This document shows, in pieces, positions 39,849-53,271 of a stretch of 64,000 nt of DNA (the stretch's first letter is position 1; every line of letters begins with the position of its first letter). Made by a program: the position numbers and the translations under genes. The notes under the pieces are model-generated. The model was given only the letters and a program-made list of their open reading frames with translations, was not told the origin of the DNA and made no database searches. Where the stretch lies: the NCBI GenBank assembly GCA_963707915.1, contig OY970178.1, forward strand, positions 1,920,001 through 1,984,000. Direction: 5' to 3'. The stretch is from Candidatus Eiseniibacteriota bacterium (GTDB taxonomy: Bacteria > Eisenbacteria > RBG-16-71-46).

Positions 39849-40115
39849 CTACTTCCCGGCGGTCTCGGGAGTCTCGGGTGCCTGGGTCGTCGCGCCGGGC
39901 TGGTTGTAGCGCCGGCGGAAGCGCTCGATGCGGCCGGCCTTGTCCATGATCTTCTGCTTGCCGGTGAAGAAGGGATGGCAGTTCGAGCAGATCTCGAGGT
40001 GGACCTTGCCGTCCTTGGGATTGGGCTCCTGGGTGGTGCGGGTCTGCCACTGGTTGCCGCAGCTCGCGCAGTACAGCGTCTGCAGGTTGTAGATCGGGTG
40101 GATGCCGGCTCTCAT
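39849..40115 (-). CDS. rpmE: 50S ribosomal protein L31 (Zn-binding type)
   Basis: [43 protein letters not shown]. Confidence 0.93.
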   Translation of the reverse strand: MRAGIHPIYNLQTLYCASCGNQWQTRTTQEPNPKDGKVHLEICSNCHPFFTGKQKIMDKAGRIERFRRRYNQPGATTQAPETPETAGK

Positions 40116-40206
40116 CGATTCCTCCAGGTGGGTCCCTGCCAGGGCCAGCCGGTCCCGTGGTACCGGTCTCGTCCGCGCTGAATCCCCAGCATGACGGCGG
40201 CCGCGG

Positions 40207-40235
40207 ATTATGCCCGAAGCGGGCGCGGAAGCCAA
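40207..40235 (-). promoter_or_regulatory. Putative sigma70 promoter of rpmE-DUF1385-prfA
   Basis: TTGGCT-N17-CATAAT. Confidence 0.5.
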
Positions 40236-40306
40236 ACCGCCCCGCGGGCGCGCCGGGCGCGCCCGGAACCCGGCTGGGCCCGGTGCCGCCCGGCGCTCCG
40301 CCCCGC

Positions 40307-43300
40307 CTACCGCCCGCCGAGCCAGACCAGGCGGCGGGTCAGCTTCAGCGGCCCCACGGCCGCCCGCACCACGTAGATCCCGGGGGCCAGGCCCTGCGGC
40401 CGCCACTCCCGCGTCGTGCGCCCGGCCTCGAACTTCTCCCCCGCGATGGGCCGCGCCACCTCGCGCCCGGCGACGTCGAGCACGCTCACGGTCACCACGG
40501 CGGCGCCCGCCAGCTCCAGCCCGAGCCGCACCACCCCCACGGCCGGGTTGGGCCACGGCGCCCGCAGCCGCAGCGTGGAGTTCCCCGGCTCCACCCCCGC
40601 GCCGGACTGGATGGTGAACACCGCGTCGCTGGCGTCGCTACCGCGGGTCCACGGCTCGCGCGGGGTCGCCTTCACGCGCGCCAGCGTGCTGACCACGTCG
40701 GGCACCGTCACCTCGGCGGCGTTGGATGCCAGGCCGCCCACGTTCTCCTGAAGCAGCTCGTAGCTGATCCCGTCATCCACCGAGAGCCACAGGTCGGCCG
40801 GCTCGGCCCCCAGCCACGAGACCACCTCCGAGGCGGTGCGCGTCCAGGTCTCGCCGCCGTTCGGCGAGGTCACGAGGTAGCGGTTGAAGTCGAACACGTA
40901 CGCGGCGCCGGACTGCGACGCGCTCATGTCGCTGTAGGGCGCTCCCACGATGACGTCCGGGAAGCCGTCGCCGAACACGTCGCCCGCCGCCCCGACCGAG
41001 GTGCCGAACGCGTCGTTCGTGGACAGGCCCAGCAGCGTCACGTCCGCGACGGTGTCCGCGCCCGCGCCGCCGAAGAAGACGTAGGCGGCGCCGGCGGTGG
41101 ATCCGCCGGTGTCGTTGTAGTAGGCGCCGACGATCACGTCGGCGTAGCCGTCGCCGTTCACGTCGCCGGCCGTCCCCACCGCGTGGCCGAACTCGTCCCC
41201 GGCCGCCACGCCCGGCAGCGCGAGGTCGGCCACCGCGTCGGCGGTCGCGCCGCCGAAGAAGACGTAGGCCCGGCCGATGTTGAGCCCGCCCACGTCGCTC
41301 AGCGGCGCGCCGACGACGACGTCGGCGTAGCCGTCGCCGTTCACGTCCCCGGCCGTGCCCACCGAGGTGCCGAAGTAGTCCCCCGGCGCCGCGCCCCACA
41401 CCGTCAGGTCGGCGGTGGCGTCGGGGCTCGTGCCGCCGTAGAACACGTAGGCGGCCCCGGCGTCGGTGCCGGCGGCGTCGTGGGTCGGGGCACCGACGAT
41501 GACGTCGTCGTAGCCGTCCCGGTTCACGTCGCCCGCCGTCCCCACCGAGATGCCGAAGTTGTCGTTGGCGGCCGCGCCGGTCAGCGTCCAGTCCGCCACC
41601 TTGTGGGGCGGCGTCCCGCCGAAGTACACGTACGCCCGGCCGGCGTTCGTCCCGCCCGCGTCGTTGTAGCGGGCGCCGATGATGAAGTCGTCGTAACCGT
41701 CGTGGTTCACGTCGCCGGCCGTCCCCACCGAGCAGCCGAAGAGGTCGTTCGCCGCCGCGCCGGTCAGGACCATGTCCGCGTTCGCGTCCGGGCTCGCCCC
41801 GCCGTAGTAGAGGTAGACCGCGCCGGCGTCCTGGCCGGACGCGTCGTTCTGCATCGCGCCGACCAGCCAGTCGTCGAAGCCGTCCCCGTTCACGTCCCCC
41901 GCCGTGCCCACCGCGTAGCCGAAGTAGTCGTAGGCCGCGGCGCCGGTCATGACCAGGTCCGGGATCGAGTCCGCGGCCGGCCCGCCGAAGTGGATGTACG
42001 CGCGCCCCGCGTAGGTGCCGCCCGCGTCGCTCATGTACTGGCCGACGATCAGGTCGGCGTAGCCGTCCCCGTTCACGTCCCCGGCCGTGCCCACCGCGTT
42101 GCCGACCCGGCCCAGCGCGTCGGTGTCGGTGAAGGTCAGCTCCAGCCGGTGCGCCACCGCCGGCGGAGGCCCCATGTCGAGGACGTACGCCCGGCCGGCG
42201 TTCCCTCCGCCGGCGTCGTCGTACGGCGCGCCGCCGACCAGGTCGGCGCGCCCGTCCCCGTTCACGTCCCCGGCCACCGCCGCCGAGTATCCCAACTCGT
42301 CGCCGGCCAGCCTGCCGGTCAGCGTCCGGTCCGCCACGGTGTCGAGACCGGGGCCGCCGAGGAACACGTACAGCGCCCCCGCGTCGGTGCCGCCCTGGTC
42401 GTTGAACGGCGCGCCGACGAGGATGTCGTCGTAGCCGTCGCCGTTCACGTCCCCGGCCGAGCTCACCGACTGGCCGAAGTAGTCCCCCGCCGCCAGGCCG
42501 GTCAGCACCAGGTCCGCGACCGCGTTGGGGCTCGCGCCGCCGTAGAAGAGGTAGGCCCGGCCGGCGTTCGAGCCGCCCGCGTCGTTGTACTCCGCCCCGA
42601 CCACCACGTCGTCGTAGCCGTCCCCGTTGACGTCCCCCGCGGCGCCCAGCGCACCGCCGAACTGGTCGCCGGCGGTCGCGCCGCTCAGCGTCAGGTCGGC
42701 GGTCGCGTTCAGGCTCGCGCCCCCGAAGAAGACGTAGGCCGCGCCCGCATACGTGGCCCCGCCCGGACCGGTGCGGGCGGGCGCGCCGACGATCACGTCG
42801 TCGTAGCCGTCGCCGTTCAGGTCCCCGGCCGGCGCCACCCGCGTTCCGAAGCGATCGCCCGCGCTCAGCCCGCTCAGCGTCAGGTCCGCCACCGCGTCCG
42901 GGCTCGAGCCGCCGCGGAAGACGTAGGCCCGGCCGGCATCCACACCCACGGCGTCGTTGGTGGGGGCACCGACCAGCACGTCGTCGTAGCCGTCGTGGTC
43001 CATGTCCCCGGCCGAGCCCACCGACATGCCGAACTGGTCGCCCGCCGCCGCGCCGGTGAGCGTCAGGTCCGCCACCGCGTCCGCGGCGGGACCGCCGAAG
43101 TAGACGTAGGCGCGCCCCGCGTTGGTCCCGCCGGCGTCGTTCTGGGTCGCGCCGACGACGACGTCGTCGTAGCCGTCGCCGTTCACGTCGCCGGCACAGC
43201 CCACCGAGATGCCGAAGACGTCGCCCGCCGCCTCGCCGACCAGCGTCAGGTCCGCCACCGCGTCGGCCCCGGGTCCGCCGTAGTAGACATAGGCCACGCC

Positions 43301-43546
43301 GGTGTTCGCGCCCAGCGCGTCGTTCGCCCAGGCGCCGACGATGACGTCGGCGTGGCCGTCCCCGTTCACGTCGCCGGCGGAGGCGACGGACCAGCCGAAG
43401 AAGTCGCCCGCGGCGACTCCCGTGGGCGCGAACATCGTGGGGAGGGTGTTCGCCCGGGCGGCGTCCGGGATCAGGGTGGCGAGGGCGAAGAAGAGACCCG
43501 CCAGCATGCGCATGGCGGGCACACGGAACACACGGATGCAGAACAT
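40307..43546 (-). CDS. Secreted FG-GAP (integrin-like) repeat protein with PNGGE domain and FlgD/T9SS-like C-terminal domain
   Basis: About 14 [18 protein letters not shown] repeats (two 7-blade propellers), SPNGGE, tail APWPNP...VLDVAGREV...PGIYVVR. Confidence 0.9.
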   Translation of the reverse strand: MFCIRVFRVPAMRMLAGLFFALATLIPDAARANTLPTMFAPTGVAAGDFFGWSVASAGDVNGDGHADVIVGAWANDALGANTGVAYVYYGGPGADAVADLTLVGEAAGDVFGISVGCAGDVNGDGYDDVVVGATQNDAGGTNAGRAYVYFGGPAADAVADLTLTGAAAGDQFGMSVGSAGDMDHDGYDDVLVGAPTNDAVGVDAGRAYVFRGGSSPDAVADLTLSGLSAGDRFGTRVAPAGDLNGDGYDDVIVGAPARTGPGGATYAGAAYVFFGGASLNATADLTLSGATAGDQFGGALGAAGDVNGDGYDDVVVGAEYNDAGGSNAGRAYLFYGGASPNAVADLVLTGLAAGDYFGQSVSSAGDVNGDGYDDILVGAPFNDQGGTDAGALYVFLGGPGLDTVADRTLTGRLAGDELGYSAAVAGDVNGDGRADLVGGAPYDDAGGGNAGRAYVLDMGPPPAVAHRLELTFTDTDALGRVGNAVGTAGDVNGDGYADLIVGQYMSDAGGTYAGRAYIHFGGPAADSIPDLVMTGAAAYDYFGYAVGTAGDVNGDGFDDWLVGAMQNDASGQDAGAVYLYYGGASPDANADMVLTGAAANDLFGCSVGTAGDVNHDGYDDFIIGARYNDAGGTNAGRAYVYFGGTPPHKVADWTLTGAAANDNFGISVGTAGDVNRDGYDDVIVGAPTHDAAGTDAGAAYVFYGGTSPDATADLTVWGAAPGDYFGTSVGTAGDVNGDGYADVVVGAPLSDVGGLNIGRAYVFFGGATADAVADLALPGVAAGDEFGHAVGTAGDVNGDGYADVIVGAYYNDTGGSTAGAAYVFFGGAGADTVADVTLLGLSTNDAFGTSVGAAGDVFGDGFPDVIVGAPYSDMSASQSGAAYVFDFNRYLVTSPNGGETWTRTASEVVSWLGAEPADLWLSVDDGISYELLQENVGGLASNAAEVTVPDVVSTLARVKATPREPWTRGSDASDAVFTIQSGAGVEPGNSTLRLRAPWPNPAVGVVRLGLELAGAAVVTVSVLDVAGREVARPIAGEKFEAGRTTREWRPQGLAPGIYVVRAAVGPLKLTRRLVWLGGR

Positions 43547-43785
43547 GGGGCCCCTCCGGTCGAGTGTGGATTCCTGAGGAAGTCTGCGTGCGTGACCGTG
43601 ATTCTACGCCCGCCCCATCGCGTTGCCCACGGCATTGTGGAGCCCCGGATGGCGGGCCGGGCGGTCCGGGGCGGGTCCGGGCGGCAGGGGTCGCGCGCGC
43701 TGGCGGGGCGGAGCGGGGCACGACGATGGCGGCGGGGCCGGCCCGTGGCGGACCGGCCCCGCTCCGGTCGCTCCCGGCCCGGTCG

Positions 43786-44283
43786 TCAGGGCTGGGGCGG
43801 CAGGTTCATCGCGCCCCACTCCTCGCGCGCCGGCCCGTAGACGCCCGGCACCTTGAGCCCCGCCTGGCGCATCAGCACGGTCATCTGCGCCCGGTGGTGC
43901 GCCTGGTGCAGGATCAACGCGGAGAGCACCGCGCCGCGCGGCCACTGCTCGCCGTACATCGGGATGAGCTCCTCCAGCATGGCGTCGTTCCACACCTTCG
44001 GCAGGCCCTCGCCCACCGAGCGGGCGCACAGCTCGTACTGGCGGACGACCTCGGCCAGCGACGGGGGCGGCGCGTCGTGCGCCGGCCCCACCACCGGCAC
44101 CCCCGCGTGCTGCATCATCTCGGGCAGCGTCAGCACGCAGTGCCACCCGATGAAGCCGAGCGTGCGACCCCCGGGGGCCACCGACTGCGAGAGCGAGTCC
44201 TCGGTGAGGGCACGGAGGATCTTGAGCGTCGCCTCGGTCTCGTAGGCCCACGTCTTCTGGAAGTCTTCCACCTTGCGGAACAT
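43786..44283 (-). CDS. DinB family protein
   Basis: RTLG..GWH; HQAHHRAQMTVLMRQAG..VPGVYGP; GAGGAGG RBS before ATG 44283. Confidence 0.88.
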   Translation of the reverse strand: MFRKVEDFQKTWAYETEATLKILRALTEDSLSQSVAPGGRTLGFIGWHCVLTLPEMMQHAGVPVVGPAHDAPPPSLAEVVRQYELCARSVGEGLPKVWNDAMLEELIPMYGEQWPRGAVLSALILHQAHHRAQMTVLMRQAGLKVPGVYGPAREEWGAMNLPPQP

Positions 44284-44404
44284 CGTCACCCTCCTCGCGT
44301 CCGGGTCCCGGCGCCCGACCGGCCGGGTCCACGATCCCCGCCCGCGGCCCGCCGAGGATACGCGATGCGTTCGCCCGCGGGGAAGGATCCGCCGGAGCCG
44401 CCGC

Positions 44405-44761
44405 TCAGAGGGTGATGACCTTCGCGGCCTCGAGCTGGGCTCCGAGGATGTCGGGCATCGCGCAGGCCGTCCCCGCGCGCCGCCGGTCCTGGAGACCGTA
44501 GAACTCGAGGCAGGTCGTGCACACCAGCAGCGCCGTGCCGCGCTGCTCGAGCGCGCGCAGCGGCTCGAGCAGCGGCGAGCCCTCGCAGACGAGGTGCACG
44601 CCCTCGGTGTAGAAGCACAGTGCGCGCGGGGTGAGGTCGCCGGCCAGCAGCAACCCGAGGTACTTGCCCATCAGCGCCAGCTGCAGCGCGTGCTCGCCCG
44701 AGCCCATGCCCTCGCGCGGCACCAGGATGACGGTGGAGGCCAGTCCGGCATCGCCGGTCAT
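44405..44761 (-). CDS. DsrE-fold protein resembling the C-terminal domain of selenium-metabolism YedF
   Basis: GMGSG...L...LM, FYTEGV.L...[16 protein letters not shown]...A.KVITL. Confidence 0.75.
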   Translation of the reverse strand: MTGDAGLASTVILVPREGMGSGEHALQLALMGKYLGLLLAGDLTPRALCFYTEGVHLVCEGSPLLEPLRALEQRGTALLVCTTCLEFYGLQDRRRAGTACAMPDILGAQLEAAKVITL

Positions 44762-44786
44762 CGGGGGCTCCTGACGGCGCGGGGGA

Positions 44787-46070
<1,284 letters not shown>

Positions 46071-46430
46071 CGTTCGCCTTCGCTGGTCGGCGCGACCGCC
46101 TCCGGGGGACACCTCCCGGTCGATGACCGTGAGGCCCTGCCGGAACGCGGCGGGTGGCCGTGGGGCGGACCGGACTCGGGCCCGCTGGCCTGGGGTGGAT
46201 TGGGGTCGGGGTGGATGGTCCTGGCGGCGGTCCGCGGCTACCGGACCGGCGTACCGCGGCGCTGGACGGCTTCCTCGAGTGGATGATGGGGTGAAGGTGG
46301 AGCTACGAAAGGGAACTCTCGCGATGCGTCACCGGGGAGGTCCGCGCGCCCGGGGGCCCGGAGGCGGGGCGTGCGGCGAGCGGGACGCGGCCTGCCGGGC
46401 TTCGCGGACGCGCCATCGACTCGCAGGGCT

Positions 46431-46459
46431 ACAGTAAGTATCGGCTTTCCGGGTGTCAA
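46431..46459 (-). promoter_or_regulatory. Putative sigma70 promoter of rho (implies ~350-nt leader)
   Basis: TTGACA-N17-TACTGT. Confidence 0.65.
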
Positions 46460-46675
46460 GGTTGAGGACCCGCGCCCCCCCGGGGCCGGAACCGAAGAGC
46501 GGGGGCCGGGATCGAGCCGGGGCCCGGCCCCCGGCCGCCCACCGTGCAGCCCGGTATGCCGGGCCTCGCGAAACGCGATGAGACCCGTGCGCGCTTTCGC
46601 CCGCGCCTTCGCACCCAGCGCGCGAATCCCGCGCCATTCGCGGGGCCGGCCCCCGTCACGCGGGCGGGCGGGGCG

Positions 46676-46690
46676 TGGCACATGGCTTGC
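46676..46690 (+). promoter_or_regulatory. Putative sigma54 (-24/-12) promoter with no downstream ORF
   Basis: TGGCAC-ATGGC-TTGC, perfect consensus, intergenic. Confidence 0.6.
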
Positions 46691-46701
46691 GGTCATGCGG
46701 G

Positions 46702-46812
46702 GGTGAGGGTGCGCTGGGTCGCGTCCCACCTCCGAGCCTGCCACCATCGCGCGGCCCGCCACCCCTCAACCACACTCAGCGCGCCCCGGGCCCCGAGAGA
46801 GCCCGGGGCGTC
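46702..46812 (+). ncRNA. Candidate sigma54-dependent small RNA
   Basis: Starts ~12 nt after the -12 element; 5' tgagggtg can pair with cacccctca; closes with cgccccgggc/gcccggggcg hairpin; no family recognised. Confidence 0.3.
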
Positions 46813-46833
46813 GGAGTCCCGGGAGCCGACCGG

Positions 46834-47498
46834 CTACCGCACGCGACGTGCCAGCGGGATGGTCACGCTCACGAACGTGGGCTCCATCACGCACCAGTCG
46901 GGCAGGGACTGGGCCGCGACCTGCACCCTCAGCGTGTCGCGCCGGCCGCTGAGCCGGACCGGCTGGAGCACGACGCTGTCCAGGCGCGCCACGGCCGAGC
47001 GCGGGCCGGTGACCAGGACGCTCTCGGGCGACACGATGATCACCGCGGCCCACGAAGTGTCGTCGGCGCCCGGCCCCTCGATCCGCAGGGCCGCGGGCAG
47101 CCGGCGCCGCACCCGGGGCTCGATGCCGATGTCGATGACCCGGGGCCCGATCACGCGATCCGCCTCGACGCCCTCGTAGCCGGCCAGCGGCAGGTCCTCG
47201 GCGGCGACCTCGCGCTGGAAGCGGCCCGGGCCGATGCCCTCGAGGGAGATCTTGATGGGCGGCTCGGTGACGCGCATCCGCAACAACTGCTTGCCGGTCC
47301 CGCGCAGTTGCGCCTGCACCGTGGAGGGCACCGGCCCCGAGAGCGAGAGCGAGTCCCCGAGCGACTGGATCTGCACGGGGAACGACATGGTCATCTCGGC
47401 CGGGCGGTCGAGGTAGACGTTCAGGTAGACCAGCAGCGCCAGCAGCAGGGCGGCCAGCTTGAGCCCGAGGTTGTCGAACAGCAGCCCCCGCAGCAGGT

Positions 47499-47502
<4 letters not shown>
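46834..47502 (-). CDS. YbbR/CdaR-like domain membrane protein
   Basis: DNLGLKLAALLLALLVY anchor; P.TV...LRG; PESVLVTGPRS. Confidence 0.75.
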
Positions 47503-48932
<1,430 letters not shown>

Positions 48933-48933
48933 G

Positions 48934-50262
48934 CTACGTCCCCCCCTGCGCCCGCTTCTTCGGGAAGCGCACCGTGCAGGTGGTGCCGCGCCCGACCTCG
49001 CTCTGGATCCTCAGCTCCCCGCCCGCCGACTCGGCCAGCCGCCGGGCCAGGAAGAGCCCGAGACCCGAGCCGGTGGCCCGGGTCGTGAAGAACGGGCTGC
49101 CCAGCCGCCGGAGCGTGGCGGCCGGGATCCCCTCGCCGTCGTCGGTGATGTCGACCTCGAAGCGGCCCGCCCGCTCGGCGAGACCGACCGCCAGGCGGCC
49201 ACCCCGCGGCATCGCCTCGAGAGCGTTCAGGACGAGGTTCAGATACAACTGTTTCAGCGACTCGTTGTCCAGCGCCACCGGCGCGGCCGTGAGCCGGAGG
49301 GCACGCTCGAGCGTCACCTCCCGGGCACGGCACTCGCCCTCGAGCAGGTCGAGCGTGGCTCCGAGCGCGACCGCGGCGTCTCCGGTCTCGGCCGCGCCCT
49401 CCGGCCCGCCCTCGCCGCCGCCCCGCGCGAACTCGAGGTAGCGCGCCACGGTGCGCGAGAGCCGGTCGGTCTCCTCGACCACGAAGTCGGCCATGCGGCG
49501 GGCCTCGGGCTCGAGGCGGCCGAGCCGCTGGGCCGAGCCGCGGATGATGGCGAGCGGGTTCTTGATCTCGTGCGCCAGCGTCGCCGTCAGCCGTCCCATC
49601 GCGGCCAGGTTCTGCGCCCGCGACAGGCGCCGCTCCAGCCGTGCCGCCGACCAGGCCCCGCGCACCACGATGGCGGCGAGCAGGAGCACCGCCAGCGACG
49701 TGGCCACGGCGACCAGCAGCAGCGTGCGGCCCAGGCGCGAGACCACCGGCAGGTAGGCCGGGGCCAGCTCCACCGCGACCACCCCCGGCACCCGGCCGGT
49801 CGAGTCGCGGACCGGGGCGAAGCCGGCGCGCAGCCGTTCGCCCTGGCGCTGGTAGGGGCCCGAGACCACGGTCGCGCCGCGCAGCGCGCGCCGCAGGGAC
49901 GGGCCCGCGAGGGTGGCGAGGTCGCTGGGCAGTCCCTCGGCGAGATCGGGCGCGCGCGCGTCCACGATGGTGACGCCGGACGAGTCGAGCAGGGAGGCGC
50001 CGGCCACGCCGGTCGAGGCGCGCAGGGTCACCAGCTGCACCTGGAGTGCGAGGTAGGCGCCGCCCTCATCGCGCAGGCGCGCCTCGGCCAGGTCCGCGGG
50101 ACCGATCTCGCGCGCGGCGGTGGCGGCGATGCGGGTGATGCGCTGCTCGAACTCGGACTCGAGCGCACCGGACACGCCCCGCCAGGTGACCCACGTCGAG
50201 ACCGCGGTGGCCAGCACCACCGCGAGGGCGAAGAGGGTGATGAAGACGAGCGTGCGCTGCAC
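48934..50262 (-). CDS. Membrane sensor histidine kinase
   Basis: Two TM segments, [29 protein letters not shown]...GSGLGL; GGGAGG RBS before GTG 50262. Confidence 0.92.
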   Translation of the reverse strand: MQRTLVFITLFALAVVLATAVSTWVTWRGVSGALESEFEQRITRIAATAAREIGPADLAEARLRDEGGAYLALQVQLVTLRASTGVAGASLLDSSGVTIVDARAPDLAEGLPSDLATLAGPSLRRALRGATVVSGPYQRQGERLRAGFAPVRDSTGRVPGVVAVELAPAYLPVVSRLGRTLLLVAVATSLAVLLLAAIVVRGAWSAARLERRLSRAQNLAAMGRLTATLAHEIKNPLAIIRGSAQRLGRLEPEARRMADFVVEETDRLSRTVARYLEFARGGGEGGPEGAAETGDAAVALGATLDLLEGECRAREVTLERALRLTAAPVALDNESLKQLYLNLVLNALEAMPRGGRLAVGLAERAGRFEVDITDDGEGIPAATLRRLGSPFFTTRATGSGLGLFLARRLAESAGGELRIQSEVGRGTTCTVRFPKKRAQGGT

Positions 50263-50419
50263 GGGCTGCCTCCCGGCGGCGTTCCACGGGCCCGGGCGGG
50301 CCCGCGCGGCGCCCCCTCCGGACGGGACGCGCTTCCACCGCAGCCGCAATCTAGCCCGGAGGATTCACGAACCGCAAGCCGGCAGCGAGCGGCGTGCGGC
50401 GGCCGGAAGGCGCCCGGGG

Positions 50420-50824
50420 TCAGCCCTCGAGCCGGTCCCGCACGCGCAGGAGCCGGGCGCGCGCCTCCGCGGCGACGGGCTCGAGCGCGTCGTTGCCGAC
50501 GAAGCCCATGGCGGCCGCGGGGTCCATGAAGGTCACCGCCGAGCCGCCCTCGTCCTCGTAGACCGCCACGTTGCAGGGCAGCAGCAGGCCGATGTCGAGC
50601 TCGGCCTGGAAGGCCCGGTGCGCCAGCGGCGGGTTGCAGGCGCCGAGGATGACGTAGCGGCGGAAGGGCACCCCCAGCTTCTCCTGCAGCGTCTGCTGCA
50701 CGTCGATGCGCGTGAGGACGCCGAAGCCCTCCTCCTTCAGCAGCTCGGTCGTGCGCTGGACGGCCGCGTCGTAGCCGAGCGCGAGCTTCGCCCCGAAGCC
50801 GTACGGGGTGGTGATGGCCGACAT
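50420..50824 (-). CDS. DUF302 domain protein
   Basis: GFGVLTRID, Y.ILGACNP.LA, IGLLLPCNV.VY. Confidence 0.88.
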   Translation of the reverse strand: MSAITTPYGFGAKLALGYDAAVQRTTELLKEEGFGVLTRIDVQQTLQEKLGVPFRRYVILGACNPPLAHRAFQAELDIGLLLPCNVAVYEDEGGSAVTFMDPAAAMGFVGNDALEPVAAEARARLLRVRDRLEG

Positions 50825-50913
50825 GCTCCCCCTCCTTCCGGTTGCGAACCCGATCGCGAAGCGTCCGTGGACGCCCCCCGTGGGTGAGAGACACGCTGCA
50901 GCGCCGGGATCCG

Positions 50914-52338
50914 CTAGCGGGCGGCGGGCCGGGTCTCCTGCCGCAGCAGGTGGATCGCCGCGTGATCGGCATCCTCGGCCGCCTCGCCGATGGTCTCGGC
51001 CACCGTCGGATGCGCGTGGATGGCGCGGGCGAGGTGCCGCAGATCGAGGTCGGCGCCGAGCGCGAGCGCGCACTCGTGGATGATCTCGCTGGCCTTCGCG
51101 CCGATGATGTGCGCCCCCAGCAGCTGGTCGGTCGCGGCGTCGCCGATGAGCTTGACGAACCCGGCGGTCTCGAGATCGGCGATGTTGCGGCCGTGGGCGC
51201 GCAGCGGGAAGCGGCCGATCTTGAGCTCGCGCCCCGCCGCCCTCGCGTCGCGCTCGGTGAGGCCGACGCTGGCGATCTCGGGGCTCGTGAACGTGGCGGC
51301 GGGCACCGCGCGCCAGTCGGTCTGCGCCGGCCGTCCGGCGATGATCTCGGCGGCCGCCTTGCCCTGGGCCGAGGCGAAGTGCGCTAGTTGTCTCAGGTCG
51401 GTGACGTCGCCGATCGCGTAGATGCCCGGCGCCGAGGTCTGCAGCCGGTCGTTCACCCGCACGCGGCCGCGCTCGCCCAGCGCCACGCCGGCCTCCTCCA
51501 CCCCCAGCCCCGCGGTGTAGGGCTTGCGGCCGGTGGCCAACAGGACGGTGTCCACCTCCACCGTCCTCCCGCCGGAGAGCGTGAGCGTGATCGAACCGTC
51601 GGGGCCGTCCCTGCGCTCCTCGATCTTCGTCCCCAGGAAGACGTCGATCTTCTGCTTCTTCAGCTCGCGTTCGAGCGCCTGCGAGATCTCGTCGTCCTCG
51701 GCGAACACCAGGCGCGGCAACATCTCGATCACCGTGACCTTCGTGCCCAGCGCGGCGAAGAAGCCGGCGAACTCGCAGCCGATGACCCCCCCGCCCAGCA
51801 CCGCCATGCGCGCGGGCCGGGCCGGCAGGGCCAGGGCCTCGCGGCTGGTGATGACGCGCGTGCCGTCGAGCGCGAACCCCGGCGGGAGCCACGAGTCGGC
51901 CCCGGTGGCGACCAGGACGTGGCGCGCGACCCGTTCGACGGCGGTGCCGTCCGCGAGCCGCACGGCCACGCGGCCGGGAGCGGCCAGCCGCGCGGTGCCG
52001 CGCACGATCTCGACCCCGCGGCCCTGGAGCAACGCCTTCACTCCGCCGGTGAGCTGCCCCACCACCTTGTCCTTGCGCTCGAGCATCCAGTCCCAGCGCA
52101 CGGTGGGCGCGGCGACCTCGATGCCGAACTCCTTCGCGCGGCGGATCTGCCCGAGCAGGTGCGCGGAGACGATCCACGCCTTGGTGGGGATGCAGCCCCA
52201 GTTCAGGCAGGTGCCGCCCAGCTCGTCCTTCTCGACCACGGCGGTGCGCAGCCCCAGTTGCGCGGCGCGGATGGCGGCCACGTAGCCGCCGGGGCCGGTG
52301 CCGATGACGACGAGGTCGAAGGGACGGGCGTCGGGCAT
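50914..52338 (-). CDS. lpdA: Dihydrolipoyl dehydrogenase
   Basis: IGTGPGGYVAAIRAAQLG, GGTCLNWGCIPTK, GGGVIGCE, HAHPTVAE. Confidence 0.93.
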   Translation of the reverse strand: MPDARPFDLVVIGTGPGGYVAAIRAAQLGLRTAVVEKDELGGTCLNWGCIPTKAWIVSAHLLGQIRRAKEFGIEVAAPTVRWDWMLERKDKVVGQLTGGVKALLQGRGVEIVRGTARLAAPGRVAVRLADGTAVERVARHVLVATGADSWLPPGFALDGTRVITSREALALPARPARMAVLGGGVIGCEFAGFFAALGTKVTVIEMLPRLVFAEDDEISQALERELKKQKIDVFLGTKIEERRDGPDGSITLTLSGGRTVEVDTVLLATGRKPYTAGLGVEEAGVALGERGRVRVNDRLQTSAPGIYAIGDVTDLRQLAHFASAQGKAAAEIIAGRPAQTDWRAVPAATFTSPEIASVGLTERDARAAGRELKIGRFPLRAHGRNIADLETAGFVKLIGDAATDQLLGAHIIGAKASEIIHECALALGADLDLRHLARAIHAHPTVAETIGEAAEDADHAAIHLLRQETRPAAR

Positions 52339-52379
52339 GGGCATCCTCTCGTGGCTCGTGAAGCGGTCGCGGGCCGGGT

Positions 52380-53165
52380 CTACTTCCCCGTCCCGCCCGA
52401 CGGCATCCCGGGTGGCACCTCGCCCGGGCCCAGCGGCGGCGCCTTCTTCCCGGTCTTCTCGAGGATCTGCTGCATGTGCTGCACGATCTGCTGCTTCATG
52501 TCCTCGTGCGGGCCGGCCTCCAGCGAGCGGTGGAAGTACTTCAGGGCCGTCTCGTTCTCGCCCGCGCGCTCGTTCACGACGCCCAGGTTGAAGAGCGCGA
52601 TGGGCTGCTGCGGGTCGCGGGTCAGCGCCAGCTGGAACAGCTGCTCGGCGCGCGCCATCTCGCCCTGGTTGTACCAGCACACGCCCATGTCCACGATCGC
52701 CATGACGCGCGTGGAGTCGCGGGCGACCGCCCGCGCGTACCAGCCCGCGGCCTCGGCCCAGTTGGCGGTGTCGTAGAGCAGGTTGGCGTACTCGATGGTC
52801 GCGTCCACGTTGGTCGAATCGCGTCGGAGCACGGCGCGCAGGCTGTCGATCGCCCGCTGCTGGTCCTCCGAAGCGCCCGCGACCGGCACCGCGTTGTTCT
52901 TCCGGGCCCCGTCCACGGCCTGCCAGACCAGGAACCCGGCGGCCACGACCCCGAGGAACATCCACAGGAAGAGCATGTTGCGGTTGGCGACCGGCCGCTG
53001 CCGCGGACGGCGCACCGGGCGGCGGATGACGATCTCGGGCTCGGCAGCGCCCGGCGGCACGGGCTCGGAAGCCGGCTCCACGAGCGGGTAGTTGCAGTGG
53101 CTGCAGCTGGCGCTGCCGGCCGGGTTCTCGTGCCCGCAATCGGGGCAGCGGACGACGTCGGACAT
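52380..53165 (-). CDS. Zinc-ribbon / TM / TPR protein
   Basis: CPDCG...CSHC, one TM segment, TPR motifs. Confidence 0.75.
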   Translation of the reverse strand: MSDVVRCPDCGHENPAGSASCSHCNYPLVEPASEPVPPGAAEPEIVIRRPVRRPRQRPVANRNMLFLWMFLGVVAAGFLVWQAVDGARKNNAVPVAGASEDQQRAIDSLRAVLRRDSTNVDATIEYANLLYDTANWAEAAGWYARAVARDSTRVMAIVDMGVCWYNQGEMARAEQLFQLALTRDPQQPIALFNLGVVNERAGENETALKYFHRSLEAGPHEDMKQQIVQHMQQILEKTGKKAPPLGPGEVPPGMPSGGTGK

Positions 53166-53271
53166 GGATCCCTCGAGGTTGGCGCGCGACCGGACGTCAC
53201 CGGCGAAGCCGGTGGCGCAGGACGGCCGGACTATAGGCGTCCCGCGAAGACCCCGGCAAGCGCGCGTCGCG

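Noticed and set aside
33780..43440. NHL and FG-GAP nucleotide repeats as mobile or DGR-type repeats
   Set aside because: They are in-frame protein repeat units; no reverse transcriptase or adenine-specific variation noted.
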